A DNA stretch of 64,000 bases from Octopus sinensis (GCF_006345805.1 NW_021832278.1:1-64000); one strand, 5' to 3'. Shown: positions 12,831 to 26,196, counted from the first letter of the stretch. Program-made: numbers and translations. The notes: a model not told the origin generated them from the sequence alone.

Positions 12831-13086
12831 TTATGTGTGTGTATGCATGTATACAGATACACACACGTATATATAAAGATATACTTAAATTCATATATAC
12901 ATATATACTCACACACTCACACAAGCACACATAAGTATGTAACCAGTGTAACACCTTGTGCAAATGCCCCACGGAAAACCAATTTCACTGCTGAGCTGAA
13001 TCTCTATGATTTATTTGCATTAAGCATGATACGCAGATTGCTATTTTAATCTTAAGCTGCTTTAGTTGTACATAACGAATATATAT

Positions 13087-13315
13087 AGGCGCGGGCGTGA
13101 CTGTGTAGTAAAAAGATTGCTTCCCAACAACATGGTTCCGGGTTCAGTCCCACTGCGTGGTACCTTAGGCAAGTGTCTTCTTCTATAGCCTCGGGTCAAA
13201 CAAAGCCTTGTGAGTGGATTCGGTGGACGGAAGCTGAAAGAAGTCCGTCGTATCTCACTTTCGTACTAGACTGCATGGCCATAGTCTAATGAGTGAAACA
13301 AGTAAAAAATAAAGG
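13087..13315 (+). mobile_element. SINE family B with internal deletion
   Basis: ggcgcgggcgtgactgtgtag head, gggttcagtccc B box, ccttaggcaagtgtctt core, then jumps to the gaaacaagtaaaa tail. Confidence 0.8.
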
Positions 13316-13323
13316 ATAATAGC

Positions 13324-13357
<34 letters not shown>

Positions 13358-13374
13358 TATATCTATATATATAT

Positions 13375-13418
<44 letters not shown>

Positions 13419-13420
<2 letters not shown>

Positions 13421-14095
13421 GGTCCCGGGTTGATCCGGGGTTAACACAGTAAGTAAGGTACTCAATACATAGCAGATAAAAATTAATTTATTATATAGAA
13501 GGAGCTTCTACAGGACTAGTACTGTTTCATTCAAGAGAAATCTCAGGAAGCTATTTAACAAGAATTGTATTAGCATTTATACATTTAGGCAGGTTTAAAG
13601 GAGTGGTGGTGGGGGACTTTTTGGGGGTAGGCATAGCGCAAAATATCATACTTGGGGGAGTGGTCAAGGAGTCAGTGGTAAGTAGATGAAAGAATAGATA
13701 AATAAAAAAAAAAAAAAAATAAAATAAAAAAATAAAAAAAAAAAAATCAAATATAAAAAATAGAAAAAATAAAAAATAAAAAAAATTGAAAAATAAAAAA
13801 TAAAATGGGTGCACATACATACATAAAACATATACATACACACACCATACGTACACATGTGTGCCTATACATACCTACACATACACACATAACATACATA
13901 CACATATATATAACATATACATACATATATATATATATATATATAACATATATATATATATATACAATCCAATACAGCCCATTCCCTAATTTTTATTTTA
14001 TTATCTTCATTTATTACTTTTGTTATCTTGATCCTAGAGCTAAGGATCCTGGCGATGGCAGCATGTCCAAATTGTCTGTCTACTAGAAGGCAAGT
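13419..14095 (-). mobile_element. Penelope-like element 3' end / pseudo-LTR (left arm)
   Basis: Contains a hammerhead-type motif, ends in (TA)n, and is mirrored at 16760-17381; PLE assignment rests on the hammerhead and overall layout, not an ORF. Confidence 0.55.
13503..13552 (-). ncRNA. Hammerhead ribozyme, mirror copy with 1-nt core deletion (CUGAGA)
   Basis: Reverse complement of 17316-17366 lacking one A in CUGAAGA. Confidence 0.55.
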
Positions 14096-14714
14096 ACTCG
14101 TTCCCACACGCACACTCATTAGCACGTACATACACCCATTCGTACACTCATACACATACACGTACGCACGCGTTATATTCATACATACAAACATCTACAT
14201 ACGTTCACGTATATACACATACGTACTCGTACCTACAGATTCATGTCTACACTTTAGGAGGCTAGTCTATATATATACACCAATAAATATACATATATAT
14301 ATATATATATATACATACATATATAAACATATACACATACACACACACAAACCACATATATATACTCCTACATACAGATACATACCTAGATATATATACA
14401 ATATACACACACATACACATACATGTACATATATATACATATATACACATACAACAATATATATATATATATATACATACACATATATATATACATACAT
14501 ACATACACACAACCCATATATATACACACACATACATACACATATATATACATACACAAACATATATACACACATATATATATATATATATACATATATA
14601 CACACATACATACACACAACTACATACATATACAACAACAAATACATACGTAAACATACATACATACCTCATACATCAATACTTACATGCACTTATACGC
14701 ATACACCACCCCCA

Positions 14715-14782
<68 letters not shown>

Positions 14783-15111
14783 TCACACATACATATACAA
14801 ATATACGCCCCACATACATACATACATACACGTATACGCATACACGCACATACACATATACATGCGTACCCATACACGTGCCCACACGCACATGCATCCA
14901 TATGTATACACACACCCACACATATATATACACGTGTTCAAGCATACATACATACTCATACACGCAACATACTTACATATACATATATGCACACACTCCA
15001 CACATATTATACATACACATATACATGCATACATACATATATGCATACATACACAACACGCGCACTCATATATACATATACATATACACACATACACATA
15101 TATACATATAC

Positions 15112-15175
<64 letters not shown>

Positions 15176-15370
15176 CACACATACACATACACACATATAC
15201 ATACATATACACATACATATATATACACCATACACATACATACATGCACACATACACCACATACACATACACCTACATACATATATATATATATATAATA
15301 TATATATACACATATATACACACACATACACATCTACACATACATATATACACACATACATACCATATAC

Positions 15371-15401
<31 letters not shown>

Positions 15402-15409
15402 CACATATA

Positions 15410-15440
<31 letters not shown>

Positions 15441-16901
15441 CTTATATATATAGATATATATCCGTGTATATATGTATGTGTGTGTGTGTATGTATATGTA
15501 TGTATGTGTGTATATATGTATGTGTATATGGTATGTGTGTGTTATATATGTGTATATATATATATATATAATATATAATGTATGTAGGTGTATGTGTATG
15601 TTGGTAGGTGTGCATGTATGGTATGTGTATATGTGTATTATATGTATGTGTATGTATGTATATGTGTGTATGTGTATGTGTGTATATATATATATGTAAT
15701 ATATATATATATATTATATATATATATATATATATGTATATGTATATATGTGTAGTGTGTATATGTATATGTATATATGAGTGCGCGTGGTGTGTATGAT
15801 GCATAATGTATGTATGCATGTATATGTGTATGTATATATGTGTGGAGTGTGTGCATATAGTATATGTAAGTATGTGTGCGTGTATGAGTATGTATGTATG
15901 CTTGAACACGTGTATATATATGTGTGTGTGTGTGTGTATACAATGGATGCATGTGCGTGTGGGCACGTGTATGGGTACGCATGTATATGTGTATGTGCGT
16001 GTATGCGTATACGTGTATGTATGTATGTATGTGTGGGCGTATATTTGTATATGTATGTGTGAGTGTTGTATATATATATATATATATTAAATAATATACT
16101 ATATATATATATATATATATATCTATATATATAGATAGATGGGGGGTTGTGTATGCGTATAAGTGCCATGTAAGTATTGATGTATGGAGGTTATGTATGT
16201 ATGTTTACGTATGTATGTGTTTGTGTGTATATGTATGTAGTTGTGTGTATGTATGTGGTATATATGTATATTATATATATATATATGTGTGTATATATGT
16301 TTGTGTATGTATATATATGTGTATGTATGGTGTGTTATATATATGGAGTGTGTGTGTATGTATGTAGTATATATATATATATGTGTATGTATATAATATA
16401 TATATATGTATGTATTGTATATATATGTAATATATGTACCATGTATGTGTATGTGTGTGTATATAGTATATATATATAGGTATGTATCTGTATGTAGGAG
16501 TATATATATGTGTGTGTGGTGTGTGTATGTGTATATGTGTATATATATGTATGTATATATATATATATATATGTATATTTATTGGTGTATATATATAGAC
16601 TAGCCTCCTAAAGTGTAGACATGAATCTGTAGGTACGAGTACGTATGTGTATACGTGAACGTATGTAGATGTTTGTATGTATGAATATAACGCGTGCGTA
16701 CGTGTATGTGTATGAGTGTACGAAGGGTGTATGTACGTGCTAAAGTGTGCGTGTGGGAACGAGTACTTGCCTTCTAGTAGACAGACAATTGGACATGCTG
16801 CCATCGCCAGGATCCTTAGCTCTAGCGATCAAAGATAAAAAAAGTAATAAATGAAGATAATAAAATTAAAATTAGGGAATGGGCCGTATTGGATGTGTAT
16901 G

Positions 16902-16950
<49 letters not shown>

Positions 16951-17315
16951 GTATATGTATATAATATGTGTATGTATGTGTATGTGTGTATGTGTAGGTA
17001 TGTATAGGCACACATGTGTACGTATGTGTGGTGTATGTATATGTGTTTATGTATGTATGTGCACACATTTTATTTTTTTATTTTTCAATTTTTTTTTTTT
17101 TTTTTATTTTTTATTTTATATTTTATTTTTTATTTTTTTTTTTTTATTTTATTTTTTATTTTTTATTTTTCTATTCTTTCATCTAACTTACCACTGACTC
17201 CTTGACCACTCCCCAAGTATGATATTTTGCGCTATGCCTACCCCCAAAAAAAGTCCCCACCACCACTCCTTAAAACCTGCCTAAATGTATAAATGCTAAT
17301 ACAATTCTGTTAAAT

Positions 17316-17366
17316 AGCTTCCTGAAGATTTCTCTTGAATGAAACAGTACTAGTCCTGTAGAAGCT
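17316..17366 (+). ncRNA. Minimal type I hammerhead ribozyme
   Basis: Stem I AGCTTC/GAAGCT; core CTGAAGA (17322-17328); stem II ttc-tctt-gaa; GAAAC; stem III ACAG/CTGT with palindromic ACTAGT loop; GTA cleavage triplet (17358-17360). Confidence 0.8.
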
Positions 17367-17407
17367 CCTCATAGATAATAATATATATATATATAATATA
17401 TATAATC

Positions 17408-17448
<41 letters not shown>

Positions 17449-17817
17449 TAGTTGAGGTGTGTTCTGTTAAGTACGTATAAGAGTACAAATAGGTTTATTT
17501 ACGCTTAGAATTCTCAAATAGCCGGTAGTATTCTTATGGTATGCCACCAATTCAAGTTTTAGGTATTCCTCGCGTGTGAAAATAAAAAGTAAAAAGTAAA
17601 AAGTAAAAGAGTCGAAATGAAGAGTAAGTATGGTTAGGCAGCTTTTTAATCACTACAAATGTTTCGATACATACAGTTCCTTGTATATACAGCGTTTAAA
17701 GTTAATCTTAAATTAAATTATGTAACGATTTCCTGCATAAGAAGATCTATATGCATCTCCTCAGGTGCATCTACTCAGGAGATATATATACATATACACA
17801 AATGCACATATATATAT

Positions 17818-18240
17818 ACTCTTTTACTCTTTACTCTTTTACTTGTTTCAGTCATTTTGACTGCGGCCATGCTGGAGCACCGCCTTTAGTCGAGCAAATC
17901 GACCCCGGGACTATTCTTTGTAAGCCCAGTACTTATTCTATTGGCTTCTTTTGCCGAACCGATACGCTGATGGTGACGGGGAACGTAAACACACCAGCAT
18001 CGGTTGTCAAGCAATGCTAGGGGGACAAACACAGACACACAAACATATACACACACATACATATATATATATTAGATATACGACAGGCTTCATTCAGTTT
18101 CCGTCTACCAAATCCACTCACAAGGCTTTGGTTGGCCCGAGGCTATAGCAGAAGACACTTGCCCAAGGTGCCACGCAGTGGGACTGAACCGGAACCATGT
18201 GGCTGGTTAGCAAGCTACTTACCACACAGCCACTCCTGCG

Positions 18241-18241
<1 letters not shown>
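17818..18241 (-). mobile_element. SINE family B, full length
   Basis: Reverse complement of 31706-32123; TA repeats on both sides. Confidence 0.88.
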
Positions 18242-18303
<62 letters not shown>

Positions 18304-18314
18304 TATATATATAG

Positions 18315-18388
<74 letters not shown>

Positions 18389-19878
18389 CATTAATGCCAA
18401 AATTAGAGAACAAAACTAAAACTATAAAGATAATTACATTTCTACTTTATTTTTCCTAATGGGATTTTTACTGTATGTATTTTAAAGCATGACCATTCTT
18501 TACAATAAATTTTGTAGGCAGTGATTAATATCTAAATAATTTATAATAGAAAAAACGTTTATTTGAAAAATACAAAATGGAAAAAATTAGAGAACATATG
18601 ACATAAAATTCAAGAAATTAACATTTTGCCTTAAATTTTTATAATCCACATCAATATATTAATAAGCTGTGTACATTCCTTTATTCTTAATGACTTCAAC
18701 ACATCTCAGTCCACAGGATTTGACCAATTTCTCACATTGTTCTGACGTAATTTTATTCCATTCTTCCTGAAGTTTTCCCCACAAAGTCGTAACATTCGCT
18801 GGGCGGTGCTCTCTGATCTTATTACCAAGTACGCATCACAATAATATTTTCAGCTTCAAACACCTCCTTAGCTATTTAAGCACAGTGACATGGCATATTA
18901 TCCGGCATAAATATTGGTTGAGGAGTGGGAGATGATCTCATAGCTGGCAGAATATGCTGCAGAACAATGTTTTTGTATATGGCTGCATTCACATTACCAT
19001 GGACCCGGAACAATGGATCCTGACCAAAGAAATCATTCCCCACACTATTAAACCTCCCACGAAGTTCCACTGATTTCTTCACGCATTTAGGGAGCAATCT
19101 TTCACTTTTATGACGTCTCTCGTATTGTCTACCATCGGAGCCAAGCAAATTGAACCTGCTTTTGTCATTGAAGAACACACACAACCAGATGTCGTCTGCC
19201 CAAAGTACATGGTCATTGGCAAAGGCTAACCTCGTTTTTTTGGTCTTCATACTTATGACACCTTTAATGGTGGGGGAACAGACATGAAGTTCATTTTAAT
19301 TCAAATGACAAGCCATAGTCTTCCGAGACACATTCGTTCCGTAATCACGATTACCTGGCGAGAAAATCCTGCATCATTATCAAAATTGTCTCTTAACGAC
19401 AGCCTCTGAATCATGTGGTCTTGCCGAACACTTGTTTTCGTGGTCTCCCTCGTTTTTCTAACAACACAAACTTGTTTCTTCATAAAACTCGAGTATTCTT
19501 GAAACAAGATTCTTTGATCTGTTAATGTCTCTGGCGATAGCAGAAATTGCTATTCCTTCTTTTTTCAGTGCGATCACTAGCTTCCTGAGGCTTTCATCAA
19601 CTTTACGTTGGTTTTCCATGGTTGTTAATTCACTACCGTTCAATATAAATCTTCGCACTGTTACGTCAACTTAGTTTACATCGGTCGGAGTGCTGTTAGA
19701 TTTTACCTTTTGAATTTTACACCATGCGTTCTCTAATTTTGTCCATGTACTTTTCAAATAAACATTTTCTCTATTATCAGTTGTTTAGTTATTAATCATT
19801 TCCTGTAAAACTTATTGTAAGTAATGAATACACTTTAAAGTATGTACCGTAAAAATTCCATTTGGTAAAATGAAGTAT
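18389..19878 (-). mobile_element. Tc1-like (DD34E-type) transposon with long IR/DR termini; transposase pseudogene at 18659-19619
   Basis: MENQRKVDESLRKLVIAL...; FNDKSRFNLLGSDGRQY; IFMPDNMPCH; LQEEWNKI...CVEVIKNKG; repeated CAAAATTAGAGAAC motifs; ~18435-18615 inverted at 19727-19878; TA at the left end. Confidence 0.85.
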
Positions 19879-20693
19879 TAGGTTGTTCCGAAAATAATGG
19901 CTGATTTCAGAGACATAATTTTATTCTGGAAAAATTAACAATAGAAAGGTTTTGATTAGTCAAAGTATGAGCCGTGAACATCTATGCATCTCTGCCATCG
20001 ATCAACGAAATTATTTATGCCTCGTTGATAAAAACTTATTGGCTCTGATGCTAAAATATCTTTGAAAGCTGATTCTACCTCTGGTTTGGACCTGAAAGTT
20101 TTATTACTTAAAAACGTGTTTAAATGCTTAAAAAATAGTAGTCAGTGGGCGAAAGATCAGGAGAATATGGAGGATGCGGCAAAGTTTCGTCTCCCGAGTC
20201 TTTGAGTTCCTGCAGATTCATTCTTGCAACATGTGGCTTTGCATTATCGTAGAGCAGAATCGGGCGACGCCGATTCACCAATGCAGGTCTCATTTTTTGC
20301 AAGTGAGTATGCATTTCAGCGAGTTGATTGCAGTAAACCTCTGCGGTAATGCTCTGATTGGCTTCCAGAAAGCTGTAATGGACAACACCAATTGCAGACC
20401 ACAAGACAGGCACCATAATCTTTTGCTGATGCAGCTTTGGCTTTGGAAATGTTTGGGGGACTCATCACGGTCAAGCCATTGACCTGATGGTTTACGGTTA
20501 TCATAAAGGATTCATTTTTCGTCACAAGTGACTATTCGGTCAAGAAAAGGATCAATGGTGATTCACAGAAAGAGTATCGAAAATATATCAAAACGCCGTT
20601 CTTTTTGATTTTTATTGCGCTCATGAATTGCCCATTTATCGAGATTTTCACCATACCAATCTTCTGTTGCGTGAGACCGTTGCATTACCGACA
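19879..20693 (-). mobile_element. Mariner (DD34D) 3' portion inserted at a TA in the Tc1 right TIR
   Basis: TIR TTAGGTTGTTCCGAAAATAATGG; LYDNAKPH and HPPYSPDLSPTDYY motifs; truncated by the Penelope element. Confidence 0.88.
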
Positions 20694-21917
20694 CCAAGTA
20701 TGTAAATTCCGATAGGAGTTCATATTTTGTCATTACAAATGGAAAGTGTAGAGACGTAGATTCCATGTGCTGTTCATTCAAAGGGATCTTGTGGTGTGAA
20801 TAAAGATTTGAGAATATAGTGGTTGTATTAAGTACGTAGAGAGGAGAGAAAAGTTGTGTATGTTAAAATTAGGAGTTTGGTCAAAAGGAATAAGTGAGGA
20901 AAGAAGAAAGAGAAAGAGAAAGTGAGAAAGGAGTGTTAGTGGTCAAAATATTATAAAGGGGTGGAAGAGGAGTAGGGGAGGGATAAGAAGATATAAGAAT
21001 GTAAGGAAGAAATAGGTGTGAGGAGTGGGAGGTGGGTTGATATGTTTGAAAGGCACTAAGGTTGAGGGATGGGTAAAGAAAACGGTACAGGTGTGGTCAT
21101 AAAGTGATTAGTAAACCTCAAAACGGAAGGGAAGAATAATAGGATATAATGGTCAAGTTTTTTAAAATAGACAGAAGTGTTTATTGTATTGGCTAATGTG
21201 ATAGTGAGGGTTGAGGAATCAAAGAGAGAAAGAAAGAAGTGTATATTGATATACGTACGCGATTGCACACATACATATACGTCTCCACAATGCACTACCA
21301 TGTAACTGCCACCTTGGGACCATCTACCCCTACAAAACCGTTGCAGAGGGTGTAACGTAATTTATAAATGCACTGTTTTTAACAGGTTACACAATTCTAC
21401 AACCATATATATAGGATCAACTATAAATTATAAACATCGATACGCTGCACATCGCAACTATTTTAGATATGAGAAAGACAGTAAATCCATAACACTCGCT
21501 AGTCTCATACAATATCTCAAAAATAGAAGTATTCCATACATCTTGTCACGGTCCATAATAGATTCAGGTCTTCCATACCAGGGTCAACGCTCAGCCTGTA
21601 AGTTATGCCTAAAAGAGGCATTCCGTATATTAAAGCACAACTCTTCAATACTATTATATAAATATAATGAGGCTCGAGGTACATGCAACCACTGCTGTTT
21701 TCATACCTTCAAATTTAACCACAAATCTAAATGCAACCTAAATCATCACACAGTACATATCCCGAACACCCCTTAGATAATCTCCAGCAACCTATTTGAT
21801 TTTCCATTGCGTCCGTTTTTAATTTTTTAACTCTCCAATCTTATTTTTAATTGTTTAATAATACTTATATGGGCATGTATACATATATGTGTGGAGGTCT
21901 GTGGATGTATGTATATA

Positions 21918-22145
21918 TTTCTTTATTGCCCACAAGGGGCTAAACATAGAGGGGGCAAACAAGGACAGACAAACGGATTAAGTCGATTACATCGACCCCA
22001 GTGCGTAACTGGTACTTAATTTATCGACCCCGAAAGGATGAAAGGCAAAGTCGACCTCGGCGGAATTTGAACTCAGAACGTAACGGCAGACGAAATACTG
22101 CTACCCATTTCGCCCGGCGTGCTAACGTTTCTGCCAGTTCGCCGC
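21918..22145 (-). mobile_element. SINE family A, full length, inserted in the Penelope 3' region
   Basis: 19-bp TSD CTGTGGATGTATGTATATA (21899-21917 / 22146-22164). Confidence 0.9.
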
Positions 22146-23144
22146 CTGTGGATGTATGTATATATGTGCGTGTGTGTATATGTATGTATATATACATATG
22201 TATGTATGTAAGTGTATGTGTGTATATGTACGCATGTGCATGTGTGTATGTATATATCTATGTGTGTGTGTGTGTATATATATATGCATATATGCGTATG
22301 GCTTTAAGTACATAAGTATGCGGGCTTATATAATAGTGCATATACACACGTATATGTATGTGTGCAATCGAGTGAGTATATCAATATACACTTCTTTCTT
22401 TCTGTCTCTGATTCCTCAACCCCCACTATTCCATTGGGTAGTACAATAAACTCATCCATCTACTTTTAGAAACTTGACAATTGTATCCTATTATTCTTCC
22501 CTTCCTTTTTGAGGTTTACTACTCACTTTATAACCATCCTTTGTACCATTTTTTATACCACCTTATTGTCTTTTCAACATATCACTTTAGTTCCCACTCC
22601 TCACACACATTCCTTCCTTATATTCTTATCCCTTCCGATCTCTCCCCTACCCCTATCTCACTCCTTCATAATATCTTGACCACCAACTAACACTTCTTTT
22701 TTCATTTTCTCTTCCTCTTTCCTTCTTTTTTCTTTCTTCTTTCCTCACCTATTCCTTTTGACCATTCTCCTCATTTTAGCATTCACGTCTTTTCTCTCTT
22801 CTCTAGCTACTCAATACCACCACTACATTCGCAAAATTTGATTAACACCACATGACCCCTTGAATCAACTGCACATGGAATCTACGTCTCCACACTTTCC
22901 ATTTCTAATAACAAAATATGAACTCCTATCGGAATTTACTTACCATGGACAAGAAGCATTTCTATCACTTCTACACACAACTTTCCTTGGATAATGGAGC
23001 TGCAACTATAACATCCTACATATATTTTTATTTTTACCATTATCCTCTTATTTACCATTATTCTCTTAATTACCCTTATACTTCTTATTTCCATCCTTTT
23101 CCAAAATAACTCTTCTATTTTCCTCTTTGCAACCATATCACATC

Positions 23145-23192
23145 GTCTCTGATGAAGGGATATCCCTAATATCTCAGAAACAGTTGCAAGAC
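23145..23192 (+). ncRNA. Degenerate hammerhead ribozyme in Penelope pLTR
   Basis: Stem I GTCT/AGAC; CTGATGA; stem II gggata/tatctc; GAAAC-AGTT-G; triplet is GCA instead of GUH. Confidence 0.65.
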
Positions 23193-23299
23193 TAATTTTC
23201 TCTTTATAAATGTCCTGTAAATTCCATGCAGATTCGGCTTTGTTGTCTCATTTTATTTCACACACACACATACACACTCACACACACACATACACACTC

Positions 23300-23348
<49 letters not shown>

Positions 23349-23403
23349 CATACATGCCTATATATTTGTATGTATACATACATATTATTTATTCTATCAT
23401 TCT

Positions 23404-23731
23404 ATTACTTGTTTCAGTCATTTTGACTGCGACCATGCTGGAGCACCGCCTTAAAGGGTTTTTTTGTCGAAGAAATCTACTTTGTACGCCTAGTACTTCT
23501 TCTATCGGATCTTTTGTCGAACCGGTAAATTACGGGGACGTAAACACACCAATATCGGTTGTGAAGGCATGGTGGGAGGACAAACACAGACATAAAGATA
23601 CACACACATAAATATATACATACTTTTGGTCGGCCCGAGGCTATAGTAGAAGACACTTGCCCAAGGTTCCACGCAGTGGGCCTGAACCCGGGACCATGTA
23701 GTTGGGAAGCAAGCTTCTTACCGCACAGCCA
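23404..23731 (-). mobile_element. SINE family B with internal deletion
   Basis: Tail, body and head segments match family B. Confidence 0.8.
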
Positions 23732-23908
23732 TATATTGGGAGCATATTCGAAATGATATAATTCGAAATAGAGCGGAGTGAACACTGTGATTGCAAAATA
23801 CCGAAAGCACAAGTTTCGCCAGACCTGATATAACGCAAACTTCATGGAGAAAAAAGTGGAGTCGTGCAGTTGCCTAGTGACTCCAATATATATATATATA
23901 TATATATT

Positions 23909-24126
23909 CGAGGTGGGACTGAAAAGTTCCCCTGCTTTGTGTAAAAGAAAATACAAGTGGATTAGTTAATTATGATTTTATTCAACGTATTCCCCTCCCA
24001 GAATCTCACACTTATCGTAGCGGTCTTTCAGTTTTTCCAAGGACTGTGAAAGATCTCTGAAGACTGGGCCCCTAGCTAGGCCTTTCGCGAAACCGTTACA
24101 GCTAGGAAAGATTCAGCATCCCCTCG
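23909..24126. mobile_element. Mariner/Tc1-type MITE (~220 bp)
   Basis: Imperfect TIRs cgaggtgggactgaaaagttcc / ggaaagattcagcatcccctcg; TA at the right end; related copy at 48539-48730. Confidence 0.7.
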
Positions 24127-24236
24127 TATATACGTGTGTGTACATATGTATATATATATTTTAATGTTTATACATACATAATATATACATACTTACACAC
24201 ACACACACACACATACACACACACACACACACACAC

Positions 24237-24304
<68 letters not shown>

Positions 24305-24914
24305 CATCTTGAAATTTATGCATATACACATACATGTATACACATATATACATACTTATAAAAACACATATATATTCTTTAAATGTCAACTATTTGATAG
24401 GGAAAGGCCGTATCATTTAAAACTTACTTTTCTGCATATCCGAGTTGTAATGAACCAAACTTATAATTAAATAAAGGTAAAATTCCAGTAGCAGAAATGA
24501 TATCAAGCAGATATAGTGAATGGCATAAGAATAGGTCATCTCTTGATATTTATCTCCAATCTACCGCGATCAGCAAAATCTGTAGAATGGCTGACAAAAA
24601 TGATTTTACAGAATATATTTTTGCGGTCTGAGTTCGATGCCGTGTTTCATCTATCTAATGGTTGATATAACTAGTGCAAGTGCTAATGAAATAATAGGGT
24701 ATCCATTTAATAAATTAAACATCTCCGAAGATTTTGGCTTTTTGTACTAAGCTTGAAATCAAAATTCACTTATTCACCTCAATGCATTCGTTATATGTAA
24801 TAATACTAAAGTACCGAGGTTGCTGTCTGAAGATGTTCTCATATATCATAAAGTTGTTATAGATCAGTATTTTTCAGTTGAGTGATTCAGTTTATACATC
24901 TTGCAACCACGTGG

Positions 24915-25275
24915 CTTCGGTCATTAGGCTGTGGCTATGCTGGAGTACTACCTTGAAGAAATTAAGTCGATTGAATGACCCCAGTATTTATTTTTTTAAG
25001 CCTGGTACTTATTTTATCGGGCCCTTAAGCTGGACCGTTAAGCTACGGGAACGTAAAGACGCCAACAACTGCTGTCAAGCGATGGTGGGTGACAAACACA
25101 AACACACACACATATATACGACAGGCTTCTTTCATTTTCCGTCCACCAAACCTACACAAAAAGCTTTAATTGGTCCGAGGTTATAGTAGAAGACACTTGT
25201 TCAAGGTGCGACTCAGTGGGAATGAACCAAGAACCATGTGGTTGGGGAGCAAGCTTATCACACAGCTACGCCTAC
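24915..25275 (-). mobile_element. SINE family B, diverged
   Basis: Body and head similarity to 31706-32123. Confidence 0.75.
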
Positions 25276-25369
25276 CTCATAAAACAGGGCGAATTTAACA
25301 ACTTCTCAATAGACGATAGAGACAATGAAAAACCTTAATCAATATTGGACTCTTATTATTGGTGGTGGA

Positions 25370-25945
25370 TCAGGTCATCCCATAAGTTCTGTCCGAATTT
25401 TGAATAAAGAAAACAAGTGGTCAAATGTTATATTTAATTGAAATTTAATCATCAATGTATTTTACCTGATTATCTATGACTTCCTTCCATCAACTCTTTT
25501 GGTTTCAAAGCGAAGAACTCTGAAATGTTAGTTTCGACCCCCTCCTGGTTTGCGAAGTTATGTCCTCCAAATGATTCTGTAAACTATGAAACAAATGGTA
25601 GTCTGAAGGAGCAAGGTCGCAAGAACAAGGTGGATGAGGAATTTTTTCCCAACCAAGCTCTTCGATCTTCTGTGATGTGATATTTGCAGTGTGGGGTCGC
25701 GCATTGTCTTGATGAAACATCACTCCTTTTCGATTTACTAAAGCGGGCCTATTTTTCTTCAAAGCTTGGTTCAAACGTTTTAATTGCTGACAGCAGACTC
25801 GAGCATTGACTGTTGCATTAGGTGGTAGCAATTCAAAGTGAATTACCCCTTTGCAATCCCACCAGATAGAGAGAAGAACCTTTTTTCCATGAAGTTCCCT
25901 TCTCAGTTGTTGTTGAGCATTTCCTCTTTTACCAAGCTTCTATCT
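25370..25945 (-). mobile_element. Mariner 3' half with TIR
   Basis: TIR TCAGGTCATCCCATAAGTTCT; FHQDNARPH and HPPCSCDLAPSDYHLF motifs. Confidence 0.88.
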
Positions 25946-25946
25946 T

Positions 25947-26108
25947 TTACTCTTTTACTTGTTCAGTCATGCTGGAGCACCGCCTTTAGTCGACCCCAAG
26001 ACTAATTCTTTGTAAGCCTAGTACTTATTTTATCGGTCCCCTTTGCCGAATCGCTAAGTTACGGGGACGTAAACACACCAGCATCGGGGACAAACACAGA
26101 CACACAAA
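25947..26108 (-). mobile_element. SINE family B, 3' part
   Basis: ttttactcttttacttg tail and gctggagcaccgcc body. Confidence 0.75.
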
Positions 26109-26196
26109 CATATACACATACATACATGCATACATACATACATACATACATACATACATACATACATACATACACACATACACAATACATACATAC

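Larger units (their letters stand above)
13490..17381. repeat. ~3.9-kb palindrome (inverted duplication, ~1.9-kb arms, centre ~15410-15455 in (TA)n)
   Basis: Unique segments 13501-13700 and 13970-14290 recur inverted at 17165-17368 and 16575-16895; arm differences are mostly small indels. Confidence 0.9.
20694..23220 (+). mobile_element. 5'-truncated Penelope-like element: inverted pLTR piece + GIY-YIG C-terminus + pLTR
   Basis: ~21300-21776 translates CNC...CRGCNVIYKCTV...IYIGSTINYKHRYAAH...CKLCLKEAFRI (GIY-YIG); 20694-21280 is an inverted diverged copy of 22351-22948; hammerhead-like motif at 23145. Confidence 0.85.

Noticed and set aside
14028-15410. 460-aa ORF and many other long YI/HT/CV/LSIY-repeat ORFs
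   Set aside because: Translations of TA, CA, CATA and TATC microsatellites that lack stop codons in some frames; no protein signal.
23740-23888. Possible missing 5' end of the mariner at 19879
   Set aside because: Terminal sequence does not match that mariner's TIR; left as an unidentified fragment.
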